Source of the DNA: Mobula hypostoma
Lineage: Eukaryota
Reading direction: 5' to 3'
Assembly (NCBI RefSeq): GCF_963921235.1
Contig: NC_086097.1
Span: forward strand, 170,936,001-171,000,000
DNA length: 64,000 nucleotides
Positions within the stretch are counted from its first letter, which is position 1, and every line of letters begins with the position of its first letter. The translations under genes were made by a program, and so were the position numbers. Below, in pieces: positions 38,877-52,242 of the stretch. The notes under the pieces are model-generated. The model was not told the origin of the DNA, searched no databases, and saw nothing but the letters and a program-made list of their open reading frames with translations.

Positions 38877-41310
38877 TCAGAATCGGGTTTATTATCATCT
38901 GAATGTGTCGTGAAATTTGTTAACTTAGCAGCAGCAATTCAATGTAATACATAATATAGAAGAAAATAAATGAATTACAGTACACATATATTGAATAGAT
39001 TAAAAATTGTACAAAAACAGAAATAATATATATTAAAAAAGTGAGGTAGTGTCCAAGGGTTCAATGTTGATTTAGGAATTGGCTGGCAGAGGGGAAGAAA
39101 CTATTCCTGAATCACTGAGTGTGTGCCTTCAGCTTCTGTACCTCCTACCTGATGGTAACAGTGAGAAAAGGGCATGCCCTGGGTACTGGAGGTCCTTAAT
39201 AATGGACACTGCCTTTCTGAGACACTACTCCTTAAAGATGTCCTGGGTACTTTGTAGACTAGTACCCAAGATGGAGCTGACTAAATTTACAACCCTCTGC
39301 AGTTTCTTTCAGTCCTGTGTAGTAGCCTCCCCACCCCCTCATGCCAGACAGTGATGCAGCCTGTCAGAATTCTCTCCAGGATCCATATATAGAAGTTTTT
39401 GAGTGTATTTGTTGACATACCAAATCTCTTCAAACTCCTAATGAACTATAGTCGCTGTCTAACCTTCTTTATAAAGTTAGTTAAGTTGAAGTCTGTCCCA
39501 AGCCTTGTAGGCTCATCAGGCCAGTGTTTATGCCGGTTTCCGTGGAGTGAAGCGACTGAGAGTACTAGACTCTCCACCCCACTGGATAGGACGTCAGTCT
39601 ATCGCAAGGTTACCCCCAACATTTTGCTGGTACCCATTTTCAGCTGGGTGGACTGAAGTAGTGTGTGGTTAAGTGCCTTGCTCAAGTACACAACATGCTG
39701 CCTCGGCTCGGGCTTGAACTCACGACCTTCAGAGCACTAGTCCAATGCCTTAACCACTTGGCCATGTGCCACACTCTTTCTTTATAACTGCATCGATATG
39801 TTGGGACCAGGTTAGCTACTCAGAGATCTTGACAGCCAGGAATTTGAAAATGCTCACTCTGTTCACTTCTGATCCCTCTGAGGATTGGTATGTGTTCCTT
39901 CATCTTACCCTTCTGTAAGTCCACAATCAGCTCTTTTGTCTTACTGACGTTGAGTGCCATGTTGTTGCTGTGACACCGCTCCACTAGTTGGCATATCTCG
40001 CTCCTATATGCCCCCTCATCACCATCTGAGATTCTACCAACAACTGTTGTATCGTCAGCAAATTTATAGATGGTATTTGAGCTATGCCTAGCCACACAGT
40101 CATGTGTATATAGAGAGTAGGGCAGTGGGCTAAGCACACACCCCTGAGGTGCGCCAGTGTTGATCGTCAGTGAGGAGGATATGTTATCACCAATCCACAC
40201 AGATTGTGGTCTTCTGGTTAGGAAGTCATTGATCCAATTGTAGAGGGAGGTACAGAGGCTCAGATTCTGCAACTTCTCAATTAGGATTGTGGGAATGATG
40301 GTATTAAATGCTGAGCTATAATCAGTGAACATCCTGGCATAGATGTTTGTGTTGTCAAGGTGGTCTAAAGCCATGTGAGGAGCCATTGAGGTTTCATCTG
40401 CTGTTGACCTATTGTGGTGATATGAAATTTGCAATGGGTCCAGGTCCTTGCTGAGGCAGGAATTCAGTCTAGTCATGACCAGCCTCAAAGCATTCCACCA
40501 CTGCAGATGGGAGTGCTACCGGGTGATAGTTATTAAGGCAGCTCACGTTATTCTTCTTTAGCACTGGCATAACTGTTGCCTTTTTTGAAGCAGTTGGGAA
40601 CTTCCACCTGTAGCAGTGAGAGATTGAAAATGTCCTTGAATATTCCTGTCAGTTGGTCAGCACAGGTTTTCAGAGCCTTACCAGGTACTCCATCGGGACC
40701 TTCCACCTTTCGAGGGTTCACTCTCTTTAAAAACAGCCTAGGCTTCTGAGTCAGAGATCACAGGGTCATCAGGTGCAGCAGGAATCTTCACAGCTGCAGT
40801 TATATTTTCCCTTTCAAAGTGTGCATGGAAGGAATTGAGTTCATCTGGTAGTGAAGCATCACTGCCATTCATTCTATTGGGTTTCATTTTGTAGGAAGTA
40901 ATGTCTGTCTTGCAAACCCTGCCAGAGTTGTTGTACATCCAATGTCACCTCCAACCTCATTTGAAATTGTCTCTTCACCCTTGAAATAGCCCTTCGCAAA
41001 TCATACCTGGTTTTCTGAAAAAGGCCTGAGTCGTCAGACTTGAATGCCAAAGATCTATCCTTCAGCAGACGATGTACCTCCTGGTACATCCACGGCTTTT
41101 GGTTTGGGAATGTACAGTAAGTCTTTGTGGGCACACACTCATCCACATAGGTTTTAATGAAGTCGGTAACAACTGCAGAATATTCATCCAGGTTCGAAGA
41201 TGAATCCCTGAATACAGTTTAGTCCACCAGTCCTGTAGGCTCTTCTGTGCCTCTCTTGTCCATACCTTTTTTGGTCCTCACTACTGCTGCTGTAGTCTTC
41301 AGTCTCTGCC
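38877..41310 (-). mobile_element. Rex1/Babar LINE, about 2.1 kb of 5'-truncated element interrupted by a SINE
   Basis: ORF 39820-40488: [45 protein letters not shown]; upstream FPNQKPWM and DASLPDELNSF. Confidence 0.92.
39475..39777 (-). mobile_element. Full-length tRNA-derived SINE with a CORE-like central domain
   Basis: TSD TTCTTTATAA at 39465-39474 and 39778-39787; box A TGGCCAAGTGG and box B GAGTTCAAGCC; ttgagcaaggcacttaacc...aaaatgggtacc resembles the MIR CORE; short AACT-type tail. Confidence 0.85.
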
Positions 41311-41379
41311 TAGTATTGCAAGTGATCTATCGATAGTAATTGCCTAGTGATTCTTTTTCAGACTGGTTAAAATCTCTCA

Positions 41380-41845
41380 AAATGATGCCAACATTGCATT
41401 TGCCTTCTAACCTTCTGGGAGTCTTGCACAAGGATTCCCAAGTCCCTCTGTACCTCTGATGTTTGAACTTTCACCTCATTTAGATAATAGTCCGCTCCAT
41501 TGTTCCTTTTACCAAAATGAACGATCGTACATTTCCCAACGCTATATTCCATCTGCCACTTTTCTTTTACCTATTCTTCCCATTTGTCTAATTCTTCCTG
41601 CAATCGCATTGCTTCCTCAGGACCACCTACCCCTCCACCTATCTTCGTATCATCTTTGCCACAAAGCCATCAATTCCATTATCTAAATCACTGTCAAACA
41701 ATGTGAAAAGTAGCATCCCAATACTGACCTGAGGAACACCACTAGTCACTGGCAGCAACCTGAAACAGCTCCCTGTATTCCCCTTCACTGCCTCCTGCCT
41801 GTCAACCATTCCTCTATCCATGCCAGTATCTTTCCTGCAATGCCC
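41380..41845 (-). mobile_element. CR1 RT fragment
   Basis: VTSGVPQ, DLDNGIDGFVAK, MEYSVGKCTIVHFG. Confidence 0.8.
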
Positions 41846-42189
41846 TAGGAGTCAGGAGCTCCAAATGCGTAATGGTGGTAACTCTGTAGGAGTCCAACTA
41901 TGGCAGGTTTGAGGTGCCCCACAGACACATGAGGAACTGAAATAGGACCACAAGGGGCATGTGGCCTGCAGCTGAATCTCCTTCTTAACTGGTAATATCT
42001 TTTCTGATCTCTGACTGTTTGTGGAAGGTCAGGAAAACTTGGCTGGTGAGCACACAAGGTATTTGGTGTATGAATTCACATATTAGTTTAGGCAATAAAG
42101 GTACTTATCAGTAAATACAGAGCTCTCTGTGTCTCACTGATCATTATTCCAAGGTGTGACTCTTGTAACTGCACAAAAAGTCACTTCCT

Positions 42190-43735
42190 CTGGCAGCCAC
42201 CTTTGGCAATAAATTCCATAAATTCGCTACCCTCTGGCTAAAGAAATTCCTCATCTCTGATCTTCTATTCTGAAGCTGTGCTGTCTGGTTCTAGACTCGC
42301 CCACTTTCACACCATTGGGTTTTGGTGTGGATCGCATGCACTTAGGAAGGTGCGGACTTTAAAGATCAGACAACAGGCTGCAATAGCACACACAATGCAA
42401 GGATAGTTATTGTGTGACTGAGGTGGAAAATGTTCAGAAACAGTGCAAAAAAAAAAGGCAGAATAACAAAAATTACAAAAAGGATATATATCATCAGACC
42501 ATTGGGACTGCAGCTCCAAAACATCAGTCTGAAATAGTAACACCTCACCTTTCCATACCCCTTCTCCCTCTTCATTTACACCAAAATGAGCCTTTAAGTC
42601 AAGACCTCCTTACTTGGAGAAAAAGCGTAGTCCATTCTTTGGAATGCGGGGGGGAGTTGTTACCATGAGCCTGGAAAATTACACAAAAACCAAAACAAAA
42701 TATTTCACATCCCTCTTCACAATCACAACTGCCCACAAATACGTTCATCACAATGAGATTACGATGACATTGCGCAACAAAATCAGTCGACAACTAATCA
42801 TTTTCCAGGAGCCAGCACTCTTCCCCATCCCCCAAAATGAACTCTTCACTGAGCCAGCATAGAGCATGTCCCACCGCAAATGGGCATCTTTTTTTAAAGA
42901 CACCCCACCCATCAGTCGGGTAGTCTCGCTGAAACAGGAAGCAACAACAAGACAGATGCTTTACAGAATGTCACTGTCCTGGAGTGTGCAAGTACCAACA
43001 AAAGTGTTTACGCTACATGTTAGCCAAGTGTGTGCACCCGATAAGCTTAATATCAGCACTGCCACACAAGGATAATGAGAATTACAGGGCTACTGGGTCA
43101 GTGGGGCGGGAGGGAGAAATTACTTGTGCAGATCTGGTCCGTCAAACCCACAATGGGAAACATCCTTTCCACATCCACTCTATCTAGGCCTTTCAATATT
43201 TCTTATGTTTTAATAAGATTCCCTCCTCGTTCCTCAAACTCCAGTGAGTACAGGTCAAGGACAATCAAATACTCCTCAAACATTAACCGTTTCATTCTGG
43301 AATCTTTCTCGCGAAATTCCTCTGGGCCCTCTCCAAAGCCGGCACATCTTCACTTAGGTAAAATGCCTAAAATTGCTCATAATACTCTAAGTTCATTCTG
43401 GCCAATGCCTTGTAAAGCCTTAGCATCACATCTTTGTTCTTGTATTTTTGTCCTCTTGGGAAAAAAAGGCAAATGCAATATTAACATTCCTTGCCACCAG
43501 CTCAACCTGCAAGTTAACCTTCAGAGAATTCTGCACGAGGACTCACGTAATGCTGCACCTCTATTTTTTGAATTTTCTTCCCATTTTAAAAATAGTCTAT
43601 GACTTTGTTCCTTCTACCAAAGTGCATGACCATGCGCATCCCAACACCGTAGTCCATCTGCCCATTCTTTGCCCGTTTTCCCAAGTCTTTCTGCAGACTC
43701 CCTGCTTCCTCAGCAATCCCTGCCCCTTCACACAC
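42190..43735 (-). mobile_element. CR1 3' fragment split by an unrelated 842-bp insert (42305-43146)
   Basis: CR1 sequence ...ctagactcgcccac | cccacaatgggaaacatcc... is continuous across the insert; compare the uninterrupted copies at about 18810 and 38550. Confidence 0.75.
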
Positions 43736-44094
43736 TTTCAGAGGTTCAAAGGTCCAATTTAATGTCATAGAAATGTATACAACATACATCCTGAAATGCT
43801 TTTTTTCCGCAACCATCCACAAAAAACACAACCACACTTGGAGTATTGTGTGCAGGAATGAAAGGGTTATGGTATGAAGAATGTCTGGCAACTCTTGGGC
43901 TGTATTCCCTGGAGTTCAGGAGAATGAAGGGGGATCTCATAGAAACATCCCAAATTACTAGTCTGGTATTTCATCTCTTGCAGATATTGAGAGTGGCTAC
44001 AAAGAAACAGAATAGAATCAGTGAAAAACTAAACACAAAAGTGGACAATCAACCAATGTGCAAAAGTAGATGAACTGTGCAAATAAAAAAACAA

Positions 44095-47000
44095 ATAATC
44101 ATCAAATATGCAAAATTTGTTAATACTCCCAACAATATTATATTACCACAATATTTAGGAAAACTTGAAACATTTGAAGAACTACACACAGGAACATAAC
44201 ACCAAACACAGATAATTACCTTTGTGTCTAATATCTGGTTATACAGGGTGACACACAATCACGAAGCAAGATGGAGGATTAGGAATACACTTACATAACT
44301 GAAGACATGCAAACACTGAAGTTACAATGGATATGATCAAAGCAGTTATAAAAAAAGTACTCTCAACTGGAAAAGTACCAGCAGTGATAATAATAGTTAT
44401 TGGTATTAAAAATTGTTAACTTTCATTTGTACCTATTAATATATCAATAATTTTCTTAAAAATCCTGAAAAAGTTCTCCTGTAGGTAAGAGAATGTAAAA
44501 CTTGTATCTTACCTAAAGGAGAAACCACAAATAGCCTTTCAAAGTATCGTCCTATTATTGTTTACGAATTATATATAAAATTGTGACATCATGCATCTTG
44601 CAACTAATCACCACTTAGATAACCATAATATACTTACAGAAGAGCAGAAAAGGTGCTGTAAGGGTATGAAAGGATGTAAAGAACAACTGGTAATAGATTC
44701 TGTAATTCTAAACCAAGCCTGGCAGAAAAGCAGAAATCTTTCATGTTTTATTGACTACCAAAAAACCTGTTCTCCAATTTACTGAATTGGGTGAAAATTG
44801 GGTATCAAATCAGAAACAACCAAATGAATTATACCTTGACACACCTTCTATACATGGATGATTTGAAATTATATGCTCTTTCATCAGTGAAGCTAAAGCA
44901 ATTAGTTCAAATATTAGAACTATTTTCTAAAGCTGTAAACATGAACTTTGGACTAAATAAGTGCAGCACATTAAACATAAAGAGAGGTGCAATAGAGCTA
45001 GTAGAATATAAAACAGTGGCAGAATACAATGCAACCGATGGATGAATATGAAACACAAGTATTTGGGATATTGACAAAGAAAGAAAATAGATCATACTGT
45101 GACAAAGGGAAAGCTTTCAACAGAATTTACTTCACGGCTTAAGAAAATCTGCCAAACAGATCCCAATGGTAAAAATATAACAAAGGCAATAAACCCTCTC
45201 ACTATACCTTTTTTAAAGTATTTTTTGGCATAATACCTGAAACCAATCCGAAAAATTTAAGAAAAATAAGAACTGAAATGATTAATTTTAGACAACACTA
45301 TGTGCTCTCGAACACACTTAGATTAACAATACTTGGGATGGAAGAGGAATAACGGACATTAAAAAATTTACACAACAGTCATACAAAACGTCTAAGGATA
45401 CATTTTCAACAATGAAGACAGGATTCAACACTCCACGTGACATGAGCAATTCCTTTAAACTTAAATAAAAGCACAACTCTGATAAAGAAGAAACTATCAC
45501 TACAGAAGGAAAAGTGAAACAATGGAAGAGCATGATCTTCTGTGGAAGACATCTTCATGATCTGGACAGACTAGGTGTTGACAAGGAAGTGTTGAATGCC
45601 TGGCTCAGTGTTGGACAATTAAAAAATTGAGAAATTAGTTTGCTTGGCCCAACGTTTCCTTCTATAGTGATAATTTCTTCACTTTCTGGGTTGTGCTTTC
45701 ATTTAAGTTTAGTGATGTGTACCTCTTCCCAGAAGCAGAGGGGTTCCTTGTGACAATGCAGAACCAGGTGGTTAACACAACAAATGATCAAAAATACAAA
45801 ATGAAAAGCCAACAAATTCAGGATGATAAAACAGAAAATGCCAAGAGAAACCAGAAACAATCCAACACATAACAGGATCTTGAACCTGGTCAACTGTCAG
45901 ATCTCTCAGTGGGAGAGCATTTTGGAGATAGTGATCACAATTCTATCTCCTCTTCCATAGCATTGGAGAGGGATAGGAACAGATAAGTTAGGAAAGCGCA
46001 TAATTGGAGTAAGGGGAAATATGAAGCTATTAGGCAGGAACTTGGAAGCATAAATTGGGAATATATGTTTTCAGGGAAATGTATGGCAGAAAAGTGGCAA
46101 ATGTTCAGGGGATATTTGCATGATGTTCTGCATAGGTACATTCCAATGAAACAGGGAAAGGATGGCAGAGTACAGGAACCATGGTGTACAAAGGCTGTTG
46201 AAAATCTAGTCAAGAAGAGAAGAAAAGCTTACAAAAGGTTCAAAAAACTATGTAATGATAGAGATTTAGAAGATTATAAGGCTAGCAGGAAACAGCTTGA
46301 GAATGAAATTAGGAGTGCCGGAAGGGGCCAAAAGAAGGCCTTGGTGAGTAGGATTAAAGAAAACCCAAGGTATTCTACAAGTATGTGAAGAGCAAGAGGA
46401 TAAGACGTGAGAGAATAGGACCAATCAAGTGTGACAGTGGAAAAGTGTGTATGGAACCAGAGGAGATAGCAGAGGTACTTAATGAATACTTTGCTTCAGT
46501 ATTCACTATGGAAAAGTATCTTGACGATTGTAGGGACGATTTGCTGCAGATTGAAAAGCTTGAACATGTAGATATTAAGAAAGAGGATGTGCTGGAGCTT
46601 TTGGATAAATGAGATAAGTCTCAGGGACCGAACAGTATGTACCTCAGGCTACTGTGGGAGGTGAGGGAGAAGATTGCTGAGCCTCTGGCAATGATCCTTG
46701 CATCATCAATGGGGATGGGAGAGTTTCCAGAGGATTGGAGGATTGCAGATGTTGTTCCCTTATTCAAGAAAGGGAGTAGAGATAGCCCAGGAAATTATAG
46801 ACCAGTGAGTCTTCCTTCAGTAGTTGGTAAATTGTTGGAAAAGATCCTGTGAGGCAGGATTTATGAATATTTGTAGAGGCATAATATGATCAGAAACAGT
46901 CAACATGGCTTTGTCAAAGGCAGGTCATGCTTTACAAGCCTGATGGAATTTTTTGAGGATGGGACTAAACACATTAATGAAGGTAGAGCAGTAGATGTAG

Positions 47001-48725
47001 TGCATATGGATTTCAGCAAGGTATTTGATAAGGTGCCCCATGCAAGGCTTATTGAGAAAGTAAAGAGGCATGGAATCCAAGGTGACATTGCTTTTTTGAT
47101 CCAGAGTTGGCTTGTCCACAGAAGGCAAAAATTGCTTGTAGACAGGTCATATTCTGCATGGAGGTCAGTGACCAGTGGTGTGCCTCAGGGATCTGTTCTG
47201 GGACCCCTTCACTTGGTGATTTTTATAAATGACCTAGATGAAGAAGTGGAGGGATGGGTTAGTAAATTTGCTGATGACACAAAGGTTGGGGATGCTGTGG
47301 ATAATTGGGAGGGTTGTCAGAGGTTACCTTGGGACATTGATATGATGCAAAACTGAGCTGAGAAGTGGCAGATGGAGTTCAACCCAGATAAGTGTGAAGT
47401 GGTTCATTTTGGTAGGTCAAATATGATGGCAGAATATAGTATTAATGGTAAGACTCATGGCAGTGTGGAGGATCAGAGTGATCTTGGGGTCCGAGTCCAT
47501 AGGACACTCAAATCTGCTGCGCAGGTTGACTCTGGGTTAAGAAAGCATATGGTGCATGACCTTCAATCGTGGGATTGAGCTAATGAGCTGAGAAGTAATG
47601 TTACAGATATATAGGGCCCTGGTCAGACCTCACTTGGAGTGCTGTGCTCAGTTCTGGTCACCTCACTACAGGAAGGATGTGGAAGCCATAGAAAAGGTGC
47701 AGAGGAGATTTACAAGGTTGTCTCCTGGATTGGGGAGCATGCCTTATGAGAATAGGTCAAGTGAACTCGGCCTTTTCTCCTTGGAGTGGCAAAGGATGAG
47801 AGGTGCACTGATAGAGGTGTAGAAGATGATGAGAGGCATTGATCGTGTGGATAGTCCGAGGCATTTTCCCAGGACTGAAATGGCTAACATGAGAGGGCAT
47901 AATTTTAAGGTGCTTGGAAGAAGGTACAGAGGAGATGTCAGGGGTAAGTTTTTTTTTTACACAGAGAGTGGTGAGTGCATGGAAAGGGCTGCCGGCAACA
48001 GTGGTGGAGGCGGATATGATACGGCCTTTTAAGAGACTTTTGGATAGGTACATAGAGCTTAGAAAAATAGAGGGCTATGGGTACCCTAGGTAATTTCTAA
48101 AGTAAGTACATGTTTGCCACAGCATTGTGGGTTTTTTGTTTGTGTTTCTATCTTGCAGCAATATAACTGAATCTGATTACCTACACAGGCATAATCAAGT
48201 GGCAAAAATCATTCATCAAAAACTTTAAACTACAACTCATAAAAGACAGCATTCCTTACTGTAAAATCAAGACTGATTAAGTTTTGGAGTCAGAACCTTA
48301 CAAATTATATTGGAACAGATCAATTATTATGGATAGGACAATCTATAATAACCATCAGGATGTAATATTACAGGATAAACAAGCAAGATATAGCAATTCC
48401 AAACAGACGTTACATACAGAAATCAATAAGTGAAAAACATCAGAAATATGCTGAATTAAAAGAGGAAATTGAAAGACTATGTAACTTGGTCAGGGTATAC
48501 ACTGTCCCAATGGTAATATCTATGACTGGTATCATCCTAAAGTCACTACACTATAGCATTAAACAATTAGGCCTACACAACAATATTTATGTAAATCTCC
48601 AGAAAGCCACAATACCAAACACCACTAGAATAGTCTGAAAGCTCCTAGCAATTGAGAACTGAATGTGCTTGGCTATGCCCACATTTCAGGTTTTAGCAGT
48701 TTGAGCTGAGAAAATTTAAAATGAT
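44095..48725 (+). mobile_element. R4/Dong-clade LINE with restriction-like endonuclease, decayed and interrupted by a CR1
   Basis: NWKS, ILTEEQKRCCKGMKGCKEQLVIDSVI, THLLYMDDLKLYA, NFGLNKC, LFPEAEGFL..MQNQVVNT, KCQEKPETIQHITGSC | SNITESDYLHRHNQVAKIIH, IAIPN...EKHQKYAELKEEIERL, VPMVISMTGII, NLQKATI. Confidence 0.82.
45883..48149 (+). mobile_element. CR1 LINE, 2.27 kb, 5'-truncated, with a 6-bp TSD
   Basis: ATCTTG at 45877-45882 and 48150-48155; GDSDHN, NYRPVSLPSVVGKLLE, SQHGFVKGRSC, SGVPQGSVLGP, SKFADDTK, LECCAQFWSP. Confidence 0.92.
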
Positions 48726-49555
48726 GGTGATGGATAGTGGAGGTCCTTGATCCTGTTTTCTTGTGGAAGCCTATGTTTAACAGTGGATATGTTCAACAGC
48801 GGGGAGGGTTTTCCCTGTGATGGACTATGCTGTGTCCCTTACTTTTTGTAGGCTTTTTCATTCATGTGCACTACTTCCATACCCATGCCATGATGCAACC
48901 AGTCAGATTTTGCACTGTGCATCTTTAGAAATTACTAGGCTTACCATAGCCCTCTATTTTTCTAAGCTCCATGTACCTATCCAAAAGTCTCTTAAAAGAC
49001 CCTATCATATCTGCCTCTACCACTGTTGCTGGCAGCCCATTCCACGCACTCAGCACTCTGTGTTTTTTTAATAAAAAAAACAAACCTTACCCCTGACATC
49101 TCCTCCGTACCTACTCCCCAGCATCTTAAACCTGTGTCCTCTTATGGCAAACATTTCAGCCCTGGGGAAAAAGCCTCTGACTATCCACACAATCAATGCC
49201 TCTCATTATCTTATACACATTTATAACAGATGATCTGTTGGTCAAAGTGAGCATAAAAGGCATTGAGCTCATCTGGGAGTGAAACCTTGTTATCACACAT
49301 GTCGCTTGGTTTTGCCTCATAGGAGATGATAGCATTTTAGGTACAATGGGTCTGCTTCTGGCTTTCAGCTAACCTTTATGATACTCAGGATTCCTGCCTC
49401 TTAAATCTTTTCATTGCAATACCCCAGTCTCTCTCCAGAAGAGTGCTCACCCAAGCAGCATGAACCAACGTTCTCAGGTAACCTGACGTTAAACATCCAA
49501 CTTATTTTTTACCAATTCCATCCTGAAGCAAAAACGACTGTGCCTCAATTGTGCC

Positions 49556-49571
49556 TTGCCATCTGGTGGCA
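49556..49571 (-). promoter_or_regulatory. CTCF-like motif
   Basis: Minus strand TGCCACCAGATGGCAA matches the CTCF core CCASYAGRKGGC, in non-repeat DNA. Confidence 0.5.
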
Positions 49572-50629
49572 TTGGCATGGAGGCAGCAGATGATCACAAG
49601 GCCTTTAATATGCATCTGCATGCTGTTCAGGTCTCCCATTGAGAAATGTTGACACAGAAGCTGCCTTGTAAACATTGAGTTTGGTCTAGCACTTAGTTAA
49701 AGTTTATTGCCTGTGCGTCTCATCAAACAGCCCAGCGCTTACGCTGCCTTCCTCACTGTTCTCAGCTGTTTAGACTCAGCGATGATGTTGAATGGGTGTT
49801 TACGGGAACTCCACTGTTTATCAGCTGTGTATTTTGGCTTCAATCCCTGGCTGCAGAGAGAAAATGATGGGGTTCAAACTCATCCCGTGTTGTACATGCT
49901 AAGCATGCGACATTATAAATTCTGCTTAGTCAACCTCATTTCCGGGCTCTGTAAGCTTCAATGCAAGTACGTCACTGTATTCTGCTTTTAGCACACACAA
50001 CAGGGGGCAAATTTCTCAATTCTGATCACCTCATTTGCGTTCATTTTCAACAGTGAGTAGACTTTCAAATAATGTCTCTAATTCTGCAGAGCTTTTTCTG
50101 GTTATAAGAACGTTAGGAATATGAATGAGAAAAGAAACAGACAATTAGGAATATGCCATTCAGAATTTGGAATTTGGTTGAACATTTAATGGTATTCCCT
50201 ATCTCAGTACCATATTCCCAATCTCTACGTAAACCCTGTTATGCCTTCCGTGTCTTTGTCCTCCATACGTGTATTCAGTAATTTGGCCATGGGAGACCCT
50301 GTCATAAAAAAACTTCACGCATTCATCAAGAAAAAATTCTTTCATCTCATGCCTAAATCTCCTACCTTGAAACTTAATCCAGTGATCCTTTGAAGTTGAC
50401 CTTCTAGTCAGGGGAAACCTTCTCCCCACAGGTATTACAGCAAAGATACTAGCACGGATGGAAGATTGGCGGATTGTCAGGAGGCAAAGAGTGGGAGTAA
50501 AGGGAGCTTATTCTGATTGGGTGCTGGTGACAACCAATATGAGGGCTGCTTCTTGTTATGTTATATGATGATGATTTGGAGGACGGAATTAATGTTTTTA
50601 CGGCCATATTTACAGATGATAGAGATAAA

Positions 50630-51453
50630 GCAAGAGGTGGAGTGGAGTAATGATGGTGCTAAATGACGACTCCTTTGCTCACATCTTTGGTAACAGCTCT
50701 ATTTCCATCTTTAATATCTTTATTTTTTCCTTTTAAGGGTTGTTTGGAAGACTCTGACCTGGAGTTACATGATGACTTCAGTTCTTTGCAGGAATGGGAC
50801 CCACTCTCAGGGTTTTATAACCGACCGTTGTTGTTTGGCACATCAAGGGCTCGGCCTAAGAGTCTGGCTTGGATTTGGAAGCCAAGGATCTTGGGCCTCG
50901 GCAGATGGGCGGATCGAGGGTCGGTGTCATGGCAGGAGACCGGTGTGTCGTCGGAGGAGTTGGTGGGGAGGGGGAGGATATCTGCTGTGTACCTGGAAAC
51001 TCGAAATCTTTGAGATCTTCTGGCACAGAGCTTGAAAAAAGCGACATAACAGACTTTTAACATCATAAACCAGCGAGTTGTTTGTTATGTCTCCCTGCTC
51101 GCTGTGAAACGGAGACACTTCCTTCTCCCTTATTAGGGAGAGAGAGGGAGCCTGAGGTATGTCGTATACTGGGTGAAACGCGAAATCTTTAGGGTAACTG
51201 TAAGTCTGTGTCTTTGCTATTTCTTTGCTCACGCTTGAGTGCTCAGTGGCGGGTGCCAATGCTTTTTTTCTGCCAGTTGGGGGAGGGGAGATTGTCACTT
51301 GCTGCCGCTTATGCACAGGAGGAAGAAGAACTGGGGGGGCGGACTTTGGCATTCTAACATTTAACTGTCGTTCATTCTTTGGGGCACTCCTCTGTTTTCG
51401 TGGATGGTTGCGAAGAAAAATCATTTCTGGTTGTATATTGTATACATTTCTCT
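50630..51453 (+). mobile_element. About 820-bp non-coding interspersed repeat, probably a non-autonomous LINE-dependent retroelement
   Basis: Its 3' part (ggggcactcct.tgtt..gtggatggttgcgaagaaaaa.catttc.gg.tgtatattgtatacatttc) recurs inverted at about 52835-53210 and 43737-43830; no coherent ORF. Confidence 0.6.
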
Positions 51454-51454
51454 G

Positions 51455-52180
51455 CACACAAACTGTACACAATACTCCAAGTGTGGTCTCACAAGCAGTT
51501 TATAGAGCCTCAACATCACATCCCTGCTCTTGTATTCTATACCTTTAGAAATGAATGCCAACATTGTATTTACCCTCTTCACCACTGGAGGTTAACCTTT
51601 AAGGTATCCTGCACAAGGAATACCAAGTCCTTTTGCACCTCTACATTTTGAATTCTCTCCCCATCTAAATAATAGTCTGCCTGTTTATTTCTTCCACCAA
51701 AGTGCATGACCATACACTTTCCAACATTGTATTTCATTTGCCACTTCTTTGCCCATTCTCCTAAACTATCTAAGTCTCTCTGCAGGCTCTCTGTTTCCTC
51801 AACAGCACCCGCTCCTCCACCTATCTTTGTATCATTGGCAAATTTAGCCACAAATCCATTAATCCCATAGTCCAAATCATTGACATACATCGTAAAAAGC
51901 AGCGGTCCCAACACTGACTCCTATGGAACTCCACTGGTAACTGTCAGCCAGCCAGAATAGGATCTCTGTCGATCAGCCAATGCTTCAACCATGCTAGTAA
52001 CTTCCCTGTAATTCTATAGGCTCCTACATCGCTAAGCAGCCTCATGTGCAGCACTTGTCAAAGGACTTCTGAAAATCCAAGTACACCACATCTACTGCAT
52101 CTCCTTTGTCTACCCTGCTAATAATTTCCTCAAAAAATTGCAGAAGTTTAGTCAGGCAGGATTTTCCTTTCAGGAAACCA
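51455..52180 (-). mobile_element. CR1 RT fragment
   Basis: LGPLLFTMYVNDLDYGINGFVAKFANDTKIGG...WQMKYNVGKC. Confidence 0.85.
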
Positions 52181-52225
52181 CTGCTGTTTCAATTGTGTTG
52201 TAGCACAAGAAGGAGAAAAGTGTGA

Positions 52226-52242
52226 CTCCCCATCTAGTGGCA
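52226..52242 (-). promoter_or_regulatory. CTCF-like motif
   Basis: Minus strand TGCCACTAGATGGGGAG, one mismatch to the core. Confidence 0.35.

Noticed and set aside
39495..39545. Possible permuted hammerhead in the SINE tail (GAAAC...CTGATGAG on the minus strand)
   Set aside because: I could not form stems I-III around the two boxes; probably coincidental.
39700..39775. tRNA gene
   Set aside because: The A and B boxes are the head of a TSD-flanked SINE; no convincing cloverleaf or acceptor stem.
41845..42180. Possible Gypsy pol end or LTR remnant
   Set aside because: Only a vague resemblance; no diagnostic motif or matching LTR.
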